Shown here piece by piece: positions 28,001-36,649 of a stretch of 64,000 bases of DNA (its first letter is position 1; each line of letters begins with the position of its first letter). Below the pieces are notes generated by a model. The model made no database searches. It worked only from the letters and a program-made list of their open reading frames with translations, and was not told where the DNA came from. Position numbers and translations under genes: made by a program. The stretch is from a virus: IMG/VR virus record IMGVR_UViG_3300027278_000009. One strand, given 5' to 3'.

Positions 28001-31000
28001 CTAGAATCGATGCTATCTTATTAGCTTCTTCAGCTGATAAAGATTCATTTGCTGAAATTGTTTCATTAATCAATGCAGTTGACACAGTTAATGATGACGC
28101 TTTAGCAGTAGTTATTGCAAACTTAAATGCAGAAATCTCAGCTACTAACACAGAGGTTAATTCTTTAGTTGCAGTTGATTCTTCATTATCTTCAGCTATT
28201 TCTACGGAAGCATCTACAAGAGCTACAGCAGATACATCATTATCTACTGCAATCTCTACGGAAACATCTACAAGAGCCGCTGCTGATACTTCTTTATCTA
28301 CAGCAATTTCTACTCAAGCTTCTGCAAGAGTTACGGCTGATGCTTCTTTATCTACAGCAATTTCTGCTGAAGCAGTTGCAAGAGCTGCGGCTGACGTTAC
28401 TTTACAAGCTAACGTTAATGCTGAAGCATCTGCAAGAGCTGCTGCTGATTTAGCTTTAGATTTAAGAATTCAACCAATTGAAACTGAGCTTCCTAATATA
28501 GAAGCTTCAATCGATTCTTTAGAATCTGTAGATGCTGGTTTACAAGCTCAAATCAACGCAATCCCTGCAACAGAGGATTATGTTGATGCTGCTGCACTTT
28601 CTGGTAATATTCTTACATTAACTAGAGTATTAGGCGGACAAGTTTCTGTTGATTTAAGCCAGTTTATGGATGACACAGATACAGATAACTTTGTAACTTC
28701 AGGTTCATTCGATTCTAATACGCAGCAATTAACATTAGTAAAAGCAAATGGCAATGTTACAATTGATTTAACACAATTAGTAAATGAATCAGAATTAGCA
28801 GCCGCACTTTTAGCAGCTAATCAGTATTCAGACGATAACGACACTTTCGTAAACGGTGCAACATTTAACGATACAACTAGAGTTTTAACAATTTCTAGAA
28901 ATGATGGTACTAATTACGATGTAAATATTACGGGAGCTCAAGGTTTCCAAGGCTTCCAAGGTATAAAAGGAGATAAAGGTTTCCAAGGTTTCCAAGGAGC
29001 TAAAGGTGACCAAGGTTTCCAAGGTTTCCAAGGAGCTAAAGGTGACCAAGGCTTCCAAGGTTTCAAAGGAGATCAAGGTTTCCAAGGTATCAAAGGAGAT
29101 CAAGGTTTCCAAGGTATCAAAGGTGATCAAGGTTTCCAAGGTATAAAAGGAGATAAAGGTGACCAAGGCTTCCAAGGTATAAAAGGAGATAAAGGTTTCC
29201 AAGGTTTCCAAGGAGACAGAGGTTTCCAAGGTTTCCAAGGAGACAGAGGTTTCCAAGGTTTCCAAGGAGATAAAGGTTTCCAAGGAGATAAAGGTTTCCA
29301 AGGTTTCCAAGGAGACAGAGGTTTCCAAGGTTTCCAAGGAGATAAAGGTTTCCAAGGAGACAGAGGTTTCCAAGGTTTCCAAGGAGATAAAGGTTTCCAA
29401 GGAGACAGAGGTTTCCAAGGTTTCCAAGGAGACAGAGGTTTCCAAGGTTTCCAAGGAGATAAAGGTTTCCAAGGAGACAGAGGTTTCCAAGGTTTCCAAG
29501 GAGATAAAGGTTTCCAAGGCTTCCAAGGAGCTAAAGGTGACCAAGGTTTCCAAGGAGCTAAAGGTGACCAAGGCTTCAAAGGCGATCAAGGCGCACAAGG
29601 TACACAAGGTAACAAAGGTGATCAAGGCGCTAAAGGTGATCAAGGATTTAAAGGTGATCAGGGTTCTACTGGTCAAAGAGGTAGTGATTGGACAAGCGGA
29701 GCCGGTCTTCCGGATCCAGGCGATAACGGCCAGCTTATAGGAGATCAGTACTTACAAACAGGAACAGGCAACGTATATGTATGGAATGGTTCTACATGGG
29801 TATTATCTGGAAATATCAAAGGTGCTCAAGGTTTCAAAGGTGATCAAGGTGCTCAAGGTGCTCAAGGTAACCAAGGTATGAAAGGATCATTATCAGGTAC
29901 TTCTACAAATCCTGGTGGAGATGGTATTGTTGGTGAATTCGTTGGCCAATTATACATTTCATCTTCTGGTGCAATCTTCTCTTGGTCAGGCTCTTATTGG
30001 GCTCCAGCCGGTAACTGGACAGGCGCTCAAGGTGCTCAAGGTAACCAAGGTGCTGCAGGTACTAACGGTACTAACGGTACTCAAGGTTCTCAAGGTTCTT
30101 CAGCAATGGTTGAAGGTATTTGGAAATGGCAGAATGATGGTCAATCATCAAATTCTGGTGAAATCTCTGGCCCAACGTCATTTACTAACCCATTCATGGA
30201 AGTAGGTAATACTTATATTACTTCATTAACATTCAATGTACTTGATAAGGACGGAGATAGCTTTGCATCTGCATTCGCAGCGGCAGGCCCAGGTACTCAA
30301 ATGATGATATCGACCGTTAACGCTCCACACGCAGGTGCCGGCACGTTTACAGTTAGTAGCATCACAACAGTTGGCAACTACTACATTGTCAACGGTACAA
30401 TGAACAGTACTGTGCTTCCATTTAACAATGCATTCCCAGATGACAAATGGGTTTATGTTGAATTTGCAATTGTTGCGCAACAAGGTGTTCAAGGTTCTTC
30501 AGGTAACCAAGGTTTCCAAGGTGCTCAAGGTACACAAGGTCGTCAAGGTCCACAAGGTTTCCAAGGTATCAAAGGTGCTCAAGGTACTCAAGGTAACCAA
30601 GGTAATCAGGGTATCAAAGGTGATCAAGGTTTCCAAGGTATCAAAGGTGATCAAGGTTTCCAAGGTATCAAAGGTGATCAAGGTTTCCAAGGTTTCAAAG
30701 GTAACCAAGGTCTTTACGGTGCTCAAGGTACTCAAGGTAACCAAGGTAATCAGGGTATCAAAGGTGATCAAGGTTTCCAAGGTATCAAAGGTGATCAAGG
30801 TTTCCAAGGTATCAAGGGTAACCAAGGTAATCAGGGTCCTACGGGTCCTGAAGGTCCTTCAGGAACTGATGGTTCTAATGGTTCACAAGGTAACCAAGGT
30901 CCTACAGGTACTCAAGGTACACAAGGTCGCCAAGGTCCTACAGGCCCTACGTTATCAGTTGTGAATAACACTAACAATAACATTATTACAGCAACTGGTG

Positions 31001-31497
31001 GTTCAACAGTTAATGGTGAAGGTGGTTTAACGTTCAGCGGTACTACATTCAGTTTCCAGAATGGTGAAATCAAAATGACTAATGACACTGACGCAGGAAC
31101 AGCTTATGGTACTCCGTGGCACCTTAACATTGTTCCAGGCAATATGCCTAACGATGGCGTATTTGACGCACCAGTTCCAGTAATGTTTGATATGCTAGGT
31201 GGAGGTATTGGTATCCAAGCATCTTCATTAAGATTCAAATCTGACGTTGAACCTTTAGAGTTTAATATGGGAGCATTCCTAAGCTTGAACGCTAGAGAGT
31301 TCACATGGACAGAAACAGGTAAGAGAGATATTGGTTTCATCGCCGAAGAAGTTGTAGAATTCGATCCAAGAATCGGTGTTACAGACGGCCAAGGAGGTTA
31401 TATCTCAATGCACTATGACAAAATGACAGTCTACTTATTCCAAGTGGTTAAGCACTTAAATGCTAGAATCGCAGAATTGGAGAGCAGATTAAAATAA
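25048..31497 (+). CDS. Giant fibre protein: collagen-like segments, long coiled coil and C-terminal intramolecular chaperone (peptidase S74-like)
   Basis: Gly-X-Y runs, 18-aa AEASARAAADVTLQANVD repeats, terminal SSLRFKSDV...IGFIAEEV...YDKM...coiled coil. Confidence 0.9.
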   Translation: MAYSAYIATSGPQGETGPIGSQGDQGFQGFQGDQGTQGTQGTQGNQGDQGFQGFQGDQGFQGFQGDQGTQGTQGTQGTQGDQGTQGTQGTQGDQGFQGFQGDQGTQGTQGTQGDQGTQGTQGTQGDQGFQGFQGDQGTQGTQGTQGFQGDQGTQGTQGTQGFQGFQGAQGVQGFQGNTLPVGGGITDGVAVAVDSSNVTTYAGLTYSDGDLNVSGNINATNITDINNDIATLQSDLTTEVSTRAAADITLQGNIDAEASARDAADVTLQANVDAEASARIASDATLQDNIDAEAVARAAADVVLSTADVTLQGNINAEASARAAAIATVSSAVSTEASTRAAADVTLQGNIDAEASARISGDATLSSAISTEVSNRTSADATLSSAISTEAAVRDSGDASLTQAIAQTNLITAQNYGFVSTDILEEEAARIAADVVLQDNIDAEAVARANADTSLATSVSAEATARASADVTLQGNIDAEASARISGDATLSSAVSTEVSNRVSADVVLQDNIDVEASARANADITLQANVNAEASARAAADVTLQANVDAEASARISAVSSLATSIGVEQSRIDAILLASDADKDSFAEIVSLINAVDTTNDDALAVVIANLNAEISSTNADVISINTAISDEASLRVSGDSTLSSAISSEASARATADSTLQANINAEATARASAASSLTSRVSVEEDARAAADVTLQANVNAEASARAAADVTLQANVDAEATARAAADLTLQGNIDAEASARAAAIATVSSAVSTEASARATADTSLATSISTEVSNRTTADATLSSAISTEVSNRTSADATLSSAISTEVSNRTSVDTVLSSAISSEVSTRSTADTSLTSRISTEESTRSTADTSLTSRISTEESTRATAIGSVSTAVSAEASTRATADVSLAGSVSAEASARAAADAVLSTADVALQDNIDAEAVARAAADVTLQGNIDAEASTRAAADVTLQSNIDIEVSARISAVSSLATSIGVEQSRIDAILLASSADKDSFAEIVSLINAVDTVNDDALAVVIANLNAEISATNTEVNSLVAVDSSLSSAISTEASTRATADTSLSTAISTETSTRAAADTSLSTAISTQASARVTADASLSTAISAEAVARAAADVTLQANVNAEASARAAADLALDLRIQPIETELPNIEASIDSLESVDAGLQAQINAIPATEDYVDAAALSGNILTLTRVLGGQVSVDLSQFMDDTDTDNFVTSGSFDSNTQQLTLVKANGNVTIDLTQLVNESELAAALLAANQYSDDNDTFVNGATFNDTTRVLTISRNDGTNYDVNITGAQGFQGFQGIKGDKGFQGFQGAKGDQGFQGFQGAKGDQGFQGFKGDQGFQGIKGDQGFQGIKGDQGFQGIKGDKGDQGFQGIKGDKGFQGFQGDRGFQGFQGDRGFQGFQGDKGFQGDKGFQGFQGDRGFQGFQGDKGFQGDRGFQGFQGDKGFQGDRGFQGFQGDRGFQGFQGDKGFQGDRGFQGFQGDKGFQGFQGAKGDQGFQGAKGDQGFKGDQGAQGTQGNKGDQGAKGDQGFKGDQGSTGQRGSDWTSGAGLPDPGDNGQLIGDQYLQTGTGNVYVWNGSTWVLSGNIKGAQGFKGDQGAQGAQGNQGMKGSLSGTSTNPGGDGIVGEFVGQLYISSSGAIFSWSGSYWAPAGNWTGAQGAQGNQGAAGTNGTNGTQGSQGSSAMVEGIWKWQNDGQSSNSGEISGPTSFTNPFMEVGNTYITSLTFNVLDKDGDSFASAFAAAGPGTQMMISTVNAPHAGAGTFTVSSITTVGNYYIVNGTMNSTVLPFNNAFPDDKWVYVEFAIVAQQGVQGSSGNQGFQGAQGTQGRQGPQGFQGIKGAQGTQGNQGNQGIKGDQGFQGIKGDQGFQGIKGDQGFQGFKGNQGLYGAQGTQGNQGNQGIKGDQGFQGIKGDQGFQGIKGNQGNQGPTGPEGPSGTDGSNGSQGNQGPTGTQGTQGRQGPTGPTLSVVNNTNNNIITATGGSTVNGEGGLTFSGTTFSFQNGEIKMTNDTDAGTAYGTPWHLNIVPGNMPNDGVFDAPVPVMFDMLGGGIGIQASSLRFKSDVEPLEFNMGAFLSLNAREFTWTETGKRDIGFIAEEVVEFDPRIGVTDGQGGYISMHYDKMTVYLFQVVKHLNARIAELESRLK
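25078..25578 (+). repeat. Pro-poor collagen-like repeat (GFQ/GDQ/GTQ)
   Basis: 9-nt periodic CAAGGT-rich tandem repeat. Confidence 0.95.
25723..28560 (+). repeat. Ala/Ser-rich coiled-coil repeat region
   Basis: Recurrent GCTGAAGCATCTGCAAGA blocks, approx. 54-nt units. Confidence 0.9.
28933..29673 (+). repeat. Collagen-like repeat (GFQ/GDK/GDR/GIK)
   Basis: Tandem GGTTTCCAA / GGAGATAAA / GGAGACAGA units. Confidence 0.95.
30481..30948 (+). repeat. Collagen-like repeat ([12 protein letters not shown])
   Basis: Gly-X-Y run before the [10 protein letters not shown] module. Confidence 0.9.
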
Positions 31498-31511
31498 TTA
31501 AACTTAGAAAA

Positions 31512-31533
31512 AGGGCCGGTTTCGGCCGGCCCT
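31512..31533. terminator. Strong GC hairpin without a plus-strand U-tail
   Basis: AGGGCCGGT-TTCG-GCCGGCCCT between two fibre genes. Confidence 0.55.
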
Positions 31534-31562
31534 AATTCTAATAAAAAAAATTAAACAAAAAA

Positions 31563-33656
31563 ATGGCAACAAGAATTAGTTTAAAAGATTTAGCATCGCT
31601 AAGATCTAATTTGAAGCTTGTATCTGATGAGGCTGCTATACTTAAACAAAAGTATACTGCTTCAAGATTAACAGGTGAAAGCAAGCCACTTCAGTATGGT
31701 GCAGATGAGACATACACTTCTCTTTTCAAATTAGGTCCGATTGTTTCTGAATTAGTTGACGGTGTTGCAGGTCTTGAAACGGAACTCCAACACATTCACC
31801 AATATATTGAGGGACAGTTAGGTAGAGATGCTGACGTATCTATCTTACCACCAAACGTTCAAATCGATAATAACGGTACTCCAGTGCAGCTTTTATCTAT
31901 TGGCGCAAATGGTACTGAATTGCACATTGATGAATTATACGTGGGTCCTAATTCGTTATATGTTAACGGAAAGAAGGTTATCCACGATAGTTCTGATACA
32001 ATTATCTTATCAACAGATAGAGATAAAGCATTTGTAGTACAAACGACAGGTGCTGGTGTTTTACAATTACAAGCACAAGCTGGTGGTATTAATGTAACAT
32101 CAGAAGGTGGACTGACAATTAACTCTGATATCACAGTTAATTCATCAAAATCTATCTCAGGATCAAACGCAACAACTGGCTTACAAGTTGGTAAAACTCA
32201 AGTTAATGGTCAATTAACAGTTGATGGTAACATCATCTTAGACCAGCAATTTAAAATTGCATTTGCAGGCGATGCATTAAATACATTTATTGCAGCAAAT
32301 ACAAACACACCAGAGGATTTAGAAATCCACGCAGATCAAAACATTAACCTTAAACCAGATAACAACGTATTAGTTAATGGCACGCCAATTATCAATGAAT
32401 TAGGTCAGTGGATTGGTTCAGTAGCTGGTATGCAAGGTGCTCAAGGTACTCAAGGTAATACAGGTCGTGATGGTAACCAAGGTTTCCAAGGTGCTACAGG
32501 CGCTAAAGGTGATCAAGGTACTCAAGGTAGACAAGGTCCTACAGGTCCACAAGGTTTCCAAGGTGCTACAGGTGCTAAAGGTGATCAAGGTTTCAAAGGT
32601 GATCAAGGCGCTAAAGGTGATCAAGGTTTCCAAGGGGCTCAAGGAGCTAAAGGCGATCAAGGCTTCCAAGGCGCTAAAGGTGATCAAGGTATCAAAGGTG
32701 ATCAAGGTACTCAAGGTAGACAAGGTCCTACGGGTCCACAAGGTTTCCAAGGTACTACAGGCGCTAAAGGTGATCAAGGTTTCCAAGGTGCAGCTGGTAG
32801 AGATGGTTCTACAGGCGCTAAAGGTGATCAAGGTTTCAAAGGTGATCAAGGCGCTAAAGGTGATCAAGGTTTCCAAGGTGCTACAGGCATTAAAGGTGAT
32901 CAAGGTATCAAAGGTGATCAAGGTATTACAGGTGCTCAAGGTACTCAAGGTAGACAAGGTCCAACCGGTCCACAAGGAGTTACAGGTACTAAAGGTGATA
33001 CTGGTGCTACTGGTTCTGCGGGTGGTTCAATCACAAATGCTAGATTACAAGGTCTTGATTTATTAATCACTGGCGATGCGTTTGGAGAATTAAACGTAGG
33101 TAGAGTATATGGTGAAACTGGAGCAACTGGCGCACAGGGTTCTACTGGAGCTAAAGGTGATCAAGGTTTCCAAGGAGCTACAGGAGCTACAGGTGCTAAA
33201 GGCGATACAGGTATCAAAGGTGATCAAGGTATTACAGGTGCTCAAGGTACTCAAGGTAGACAAGGTCCTACAGGTCCACAAGGTTCTACTGGAGCTCAAG
33301 GTTCTACTGGAGCTCAAGGTTTCCAAGGTGCTAAAGGCGATACAGGTATCAAAGGTGATCAAGGTATTACAGGTGCTCAAGGTACTCAAGGTAGACAAGG
33401 TCCAACCGGTCCACAAGGTTCTACTGGAGCTCAAGGTTTCAAGGGTGATCAAGGTTCTACTGGTCCAACTGGTCCTACTTTAGCTGTTGTAAATAACACA
33501 AACAATAACATTATTACAGCAACTGGTGGTTCAACAGTTAATGGCGAGTCTAACTTAACATTCGACGGTTCAACACTTTACACAACGGCTTTAAGAGTTG
33601 ATGGTTTCATCATCGATCAAAACGCTAATGGTGATTTAGAGTTTAGAATTGTATAA
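31563..33656 (+). CDS. Collagen-like fibre protein with N-terminal coiled-coil and beta-rich domains
   Basis: GAKGDQGFQ and [12 protein letters not shown] repeats; C-terminal [15 protein letters not shown] module shared with 25048. Confidence 0.88.
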   Translation: MATRISLKDLASLRSNLKLVSDEAAILKQKYTASRLTGESKPLQYGADETYTSLFKLGPIVSELVDGVAGLETELQHIHQYIEGQLGRDADVSILPPNVQIDNNGTPVQLLSIGANGTELHIDELYVGPNSLYVNGKKVIHDSSDTIILSTDRDKAFVVQTTGAGVLQLQAQAGGINVTSEGGLTINSDITVNSSKSISGSNATTGLQVGKTQVNGQLTVDGNIILDQQFKIAFAGDALNTFIAANTNTPEDLEIHADQNINLKPDNNVLVNGTPIINELGQWIGSVAGMQGAQGTQGNTGRDGNQGFQGATGAKGDQGTQGRQGPTGPQGFQGATGAKGDQGFKGDQGAKGDQGFQGAQGAKGDQGFQGAKGDQGIKGDQGTQGRQGPTGPQGFQGTTGAKGDQGFQGAAGRDGSTGAKGDQGFKGDQGAKGDQGFQGATGIKGDQGIKGDQGITGAQGTQGRQGPTGPQGVTGTKGDTGATGSAGGSITNARLQGLDLLITGDAFGELNVGRVYGETGATGAQGSTGAKGDQGFQGATGATGAKGDTGIKGDQGITGAQGTQGRQGPTGPQGSTGAQGSTGAQGFQGAKGDTGIKGDQGITGAQGTQGRQGPTGPQGSTGAQGFKGDQGSTGPTGPTLAVVNNTNNNIITATGGSTVNGESNLTFDGSTLYTTALRVDGFIIDQNANGDLEFRIV

Positions 33657-33673
33657 TAAACTTAATATATAGA

Positions 33674-33708
33674 TTGTAGGGGGTTCAACACCCCCTGCAA
33701 TTTATTTT
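33674..33708 (+). terminator. Terminator-like hairpin
   Basis: TTGTAGGGGG-TTCAACA-CCCCCTGCAA plus TTTATTTT. Confidence 0.7.
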
Positions 33709-33730
33709 TATAATCAAAGAAATTAAAGCA

Positions 33731-33916
33731 ATGTACATCGTATCATTTACAAATAAATACATAGTTTTCGATAATAGCGGTAATAATATTGCTGAATTTG
33801 GCTCTTCTGAAGATGCCAAAAATTTCATTTTAAATAATGAAGAAACAACTACAGAAAATATAAAAGAATATCCTTTTTATGAAGTGGACGAACACGGCCA
33901 ACCTATTGGCAACTGA
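33731..33916 (+). CDS. 61-aa acidic hypothetical protein
   Basis: ORF with an A-rich leader; overlaps the next gene by 38 nt. Confidence 0.6.
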   Translation: MYIVSFTNKYIVFDNSGNNIAEFGSSEDAKNFILNNEETTTENIKEYPFYEVDEHGQPIGN

Positions 33917-34964
33917 GATTAACGAAACGTTATCATACGACGAAACCTTAGGCCGTACTAATTTGTACACTAATGGAAATTTCGAATTTGGTAACAATTA
34001 TAATTTTACAGGAGCATCGATCTCTTCAGCAGATCCGCATTCTGGAAATTATCACTTATCACAAACAAATACTAATCAATGGTTATCTGATGAGTTTGTT
34101 TCAGTCGATACTTCAAAGGAATATGAAATTTCTTTATGGGCTAAAACAGCTCAAAGAAATGCGCAAGGCAGCTTATCCGGCAGTTATCTTGGATTTGCAT
34201 GTTTTGACGCATTTTATAATTTTATTGATTTAAGAAACTGTGGAGATATTGGTAACACATATTTGACAAGACCTGCTAACCCAGGTGATAGCATCATTTA
34301 TATCGAATCTTCAAATAACTGGTATGTCGGCACTGATGTAACTTCGAATACATGGTATTTTAGACATGTTCTTTTCTTTCCGCCATCACATCCAGAATAT
34401 GGTCAACCACACAGATACACAAGAATCGGATATGGCGATTATAACATTATATACAGAGGACTAGTACAGGTTAGCCCTAATGAGTGGCAGATGACCCTAG
34501 AATCACCCCTTCCAAATATTGGATATGAATTACCAGCTGGAACACCGATTTCACGAGGTGTAGCGGGAGGGACTTATAACTACGCATTTGGAGCGCCATA
34601 CATTCCAGAAACGTGGACTAACTATAGACAAATAATACCTGCAAATGCTGAATGTTACAATTCAGACACCAGGTTTAGATATAACGCAGCATACATTAAA
34701 TTTATGATTTTAGGCAATTATCTAGTTGCCGGCCAAGGTTCTCCTTATCCTACATTATATTTAGATGATATTGCAATTGCATGTTCTTCAGAATTCCAAG
34801 GAAATGAATCAAACCAGGTAGCAAAATCAAAGAAAGCTTCATCTGGCATAATGTATGCACAAGAATTTAATGAATTAAATACAGGAGGTCCTATTAACGG
34901 TCAAATTGGAGTCTTAAGTAGAGACGGAGAATTAACAGTTAACGGCGAAATCATAGAAGAATAA
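33879..34964 (+). CDS. Putative tail/fibre protein with carbohydrate-binding-like beta-sandwich
   Basis: NLYTNGNFEFG and YEISLWAK resemble CBM4/9-type motifs; aromatic-rich. Confidence 0.55.
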   Translation: MKWTNTANLLATEINETLSYDETLGRTNLYTNGNFEFGNNYNFTGASISSADPHSGNYHLSQTNTNQWLSDEFVSVDTSKEYEISLWAKTAQRNAQGSLSGSYLGFACFDAFYNFIDLRNCGDIGNTYLTRPANPGDSIIYIESSNNWYVGTDVTSNTWYFRHVLFFPPSHPEYGQPHRYTRIGYGDYNIIYRGLVQVSPNEWQMTLESPLPNIGYELPAGTPISRGVAGGTYNYAFGAPYIPETWTNYRQIIPANAECYNSDTRFRYNAAYIKFMILGNYLVAGQGSPYPTLYLDDIAIACSSEFQGNESNQVAKSKKASSGIMYAQEFNELNTGGPINGQIGVLSRDGELTVNGEIIEE

Positions 34965-34966
34965 AA

Positions 34967-36451
34967 ATGGCTAATCATTCAAAATTTATCGCTAGTGAAA
35001 GCGAATTTCAAGTAGAAAATGGCTCCTTAATTGAAGGGGCTTCTTTAGGTACTAATGTTGTTGCTAAAATGAATAGAACAACTGGTGATTTAGAAGCTTT
35101 AAATATTAGTGAGACTTATAATGCATTAGATGCTCTTGGATGGCACATTAACGAAGACGGCCGAAGATGGTGGTCTAATCCAAACAGCCAAACATTTGGT
35201 ACAGAAAATGCCGGAGGCGCTGGCCCAGGTTGGTATGTTTATAAACAATCAAATATTTATACAACAATGCGTAAATATGCTGGTAAAGATTCTCTTTACG
35301 GTATGCATATTTTTAGATATCCTAATATCACTTCAGATTCTACTTGGGGTGGTTTAAGTTTATATCCGCCAGCAGCTTGTAAATTAAGAGGCCATAAGTA
35401 TAGATTCTCATTTGATTACAGAGGATCTACTAATGGAAATTATATGGAAATTTTCCAAAACCATACAATTGGTTGGGGTAGCTTAGGTATTGGTTTACCA
35501 ACTCCATGGAACCAACCCATCGGAGCATTCGATACAGATTGGGAATGGCAAAGATATGAATATGATTTTACAATTGAAGATCAATATTTAGATTGGGTAC
35601 CGGGTTCTAATGGAACGGTATGGGATCCAAATGTTCAATACGGTCATTGGAGTTTGGTTACACATGAAGGATATGTATATAGAAAACCAAGCTGGACTGG
35701 AACTCCAACAAAAGGTGTTCCACCAAGTGAAGAGTATCCAAGTATTTGGGATTATAGAACAGAACAGGTTGCTGGATCTTTTGATTTGTATAATAATCTT
35801 AAAATTGGATTTACGTACCAATCGCAAGGGTCTAGAGGCACTCACGTATTTATTGATAATATTCAAATCACAGATATTACTAATAATAATAGATTTAAGT
35901 ATAACGGAACAGGTTGGGAAGCTGATAACTTAGCTGAAAAGACAACACACATTTTTGCTAAAGGAACCGCGTATGGTGGAGTTTTCCAAAATGGTGATGT
36001 TGCCCAGGGAGATGTTTTTGCAATTGAAGGTTCTAGAGTTGTTAGAATTAATGGAATCGATGCTGGTGTTCCAGGCGGTAGAGGTATGGCTTTAACAGTT
36101 ATAGAAGAATCTTCAGGCACTGTTCTTTCACAAGAAGTATTTGATATTTATAGTGTTGATGCTAGAAGAACTGATCTTGCTAATGCTTTAGCAGCAATTG
36201 GTCCAGAACAACTTTGGGTTTTAACGTCGTTTGACGCTATTAATCCTAATGCTGCATTAGATGCTCAAATGGCTTCAATGGGATCAATTCTTTTAGTTAA
36301 TGATGGAAATGAATATTCAGTATTTAAGAACGGTGGATACAGAAGCACATACGCTGCGGTTGGTAGAGGTCAAAAACTTATCAAAGAAGACGGATCTACA
36401 CAAGGCGAAACAGTGTATAAGAGAAAAGGGGTTATCGATCTAAAAGTTTAA
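34967..36451 (+). CDS. Putative receptor-binding protein: CBM5/12-like insert plus C-terminal ILEI/GG-type lectin-like domain
   Basis: WDPNVQY...LVTHEGYVY; GRGMALTVI...FDIY...LANALAAI...VLTSFDA...YRSTYAAVG. Confidence 0.55.
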   Translation: MANHSKFIASESEFQVENGSLIEGASLGTNVVAKMNRTTGDLEALNISETYNALDALGWHINEDGRRWWSNPNSQTFGTENAGGAGPGWYVYKQSNIYTTMRKYAGKDSLYGMHIFRYPNITSDSTWGGLSLYPPAACKLRGHKYRFSFDYRGSTNGNYMEIFQNHTIGWGSLGIGLPTPWNQPIGAFDTDWEWQRYEYDFTIEDQYLDWVPGSNGTVWDPNVQYGHWSLVTHEGYVYRKPSWTGTPTKGVPPSEEYPSIWDYRTEQVAGSFDLYNNLKIGFTYQSQGSRGTHVFIDNIQITDITNNNRFKYNGTGWEADNLAEKTTHIFAKGTAYGGVFQNGDVAQGDVFAIEGSRVVRINGIDAGVPGGRGMALTVIEESSGTVLSQEVFDIYSVDARRTDLANALAAIGPEQLWVLTSFDAINPNAALDAQMASMGSILLVNDGNEYSVFKNGGYRSTYAAVGRGQKLIKEDGSTQGETVYKRKGVIDLKV

Positions 36452-36477
36452 AACAAATCAAAAATATTTTATATAAT
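36450..36477 (+). promoter_or_regulatory. Class II promoter
   Basis: AAAAC-N17-TATAAT upstream of 36483 and the collagen trio. Confidence 0.65.
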
Positions 36478-36482
36478 AGAAA

Positions 36483-36641
36483 ATGGAAGAGCAAATTCAA
36501 GGTATAGAAAATGAATTAGGTTTTATTACTTTAGAGATAAATTCTGCCCAAACCGAACAAGAAAGGCAATCTATCGAGGATAGATATAGTAATAAAATCC
36601 AAAACTTAGTTCAACAATTAGAACAGTTAAAAAACAATTAA
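36483..36641 (+). CDS. 52-aa coiled-coil protein
   Basis: Hand-translated MEEQIQGIENELGFITLEINSAQTEQERQSIEDRYSNKIQNLVQQLEQLKNN. Confidence 0.65.
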   Translation: MEEQIQGIENELGFITLEINSAQTEQERQSIEDRYSNKIQNLVQQLEQLKNN

Positions 36642-36649
36642 TATAGACA

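Noticed and set aside
19936-28149. Repeated module as a diversity-generating retroelement TR/VR pair
   Set aside because: Differences are mostly synonymous third-position changes, not adenine-specific, and no reverse transcriptase is present
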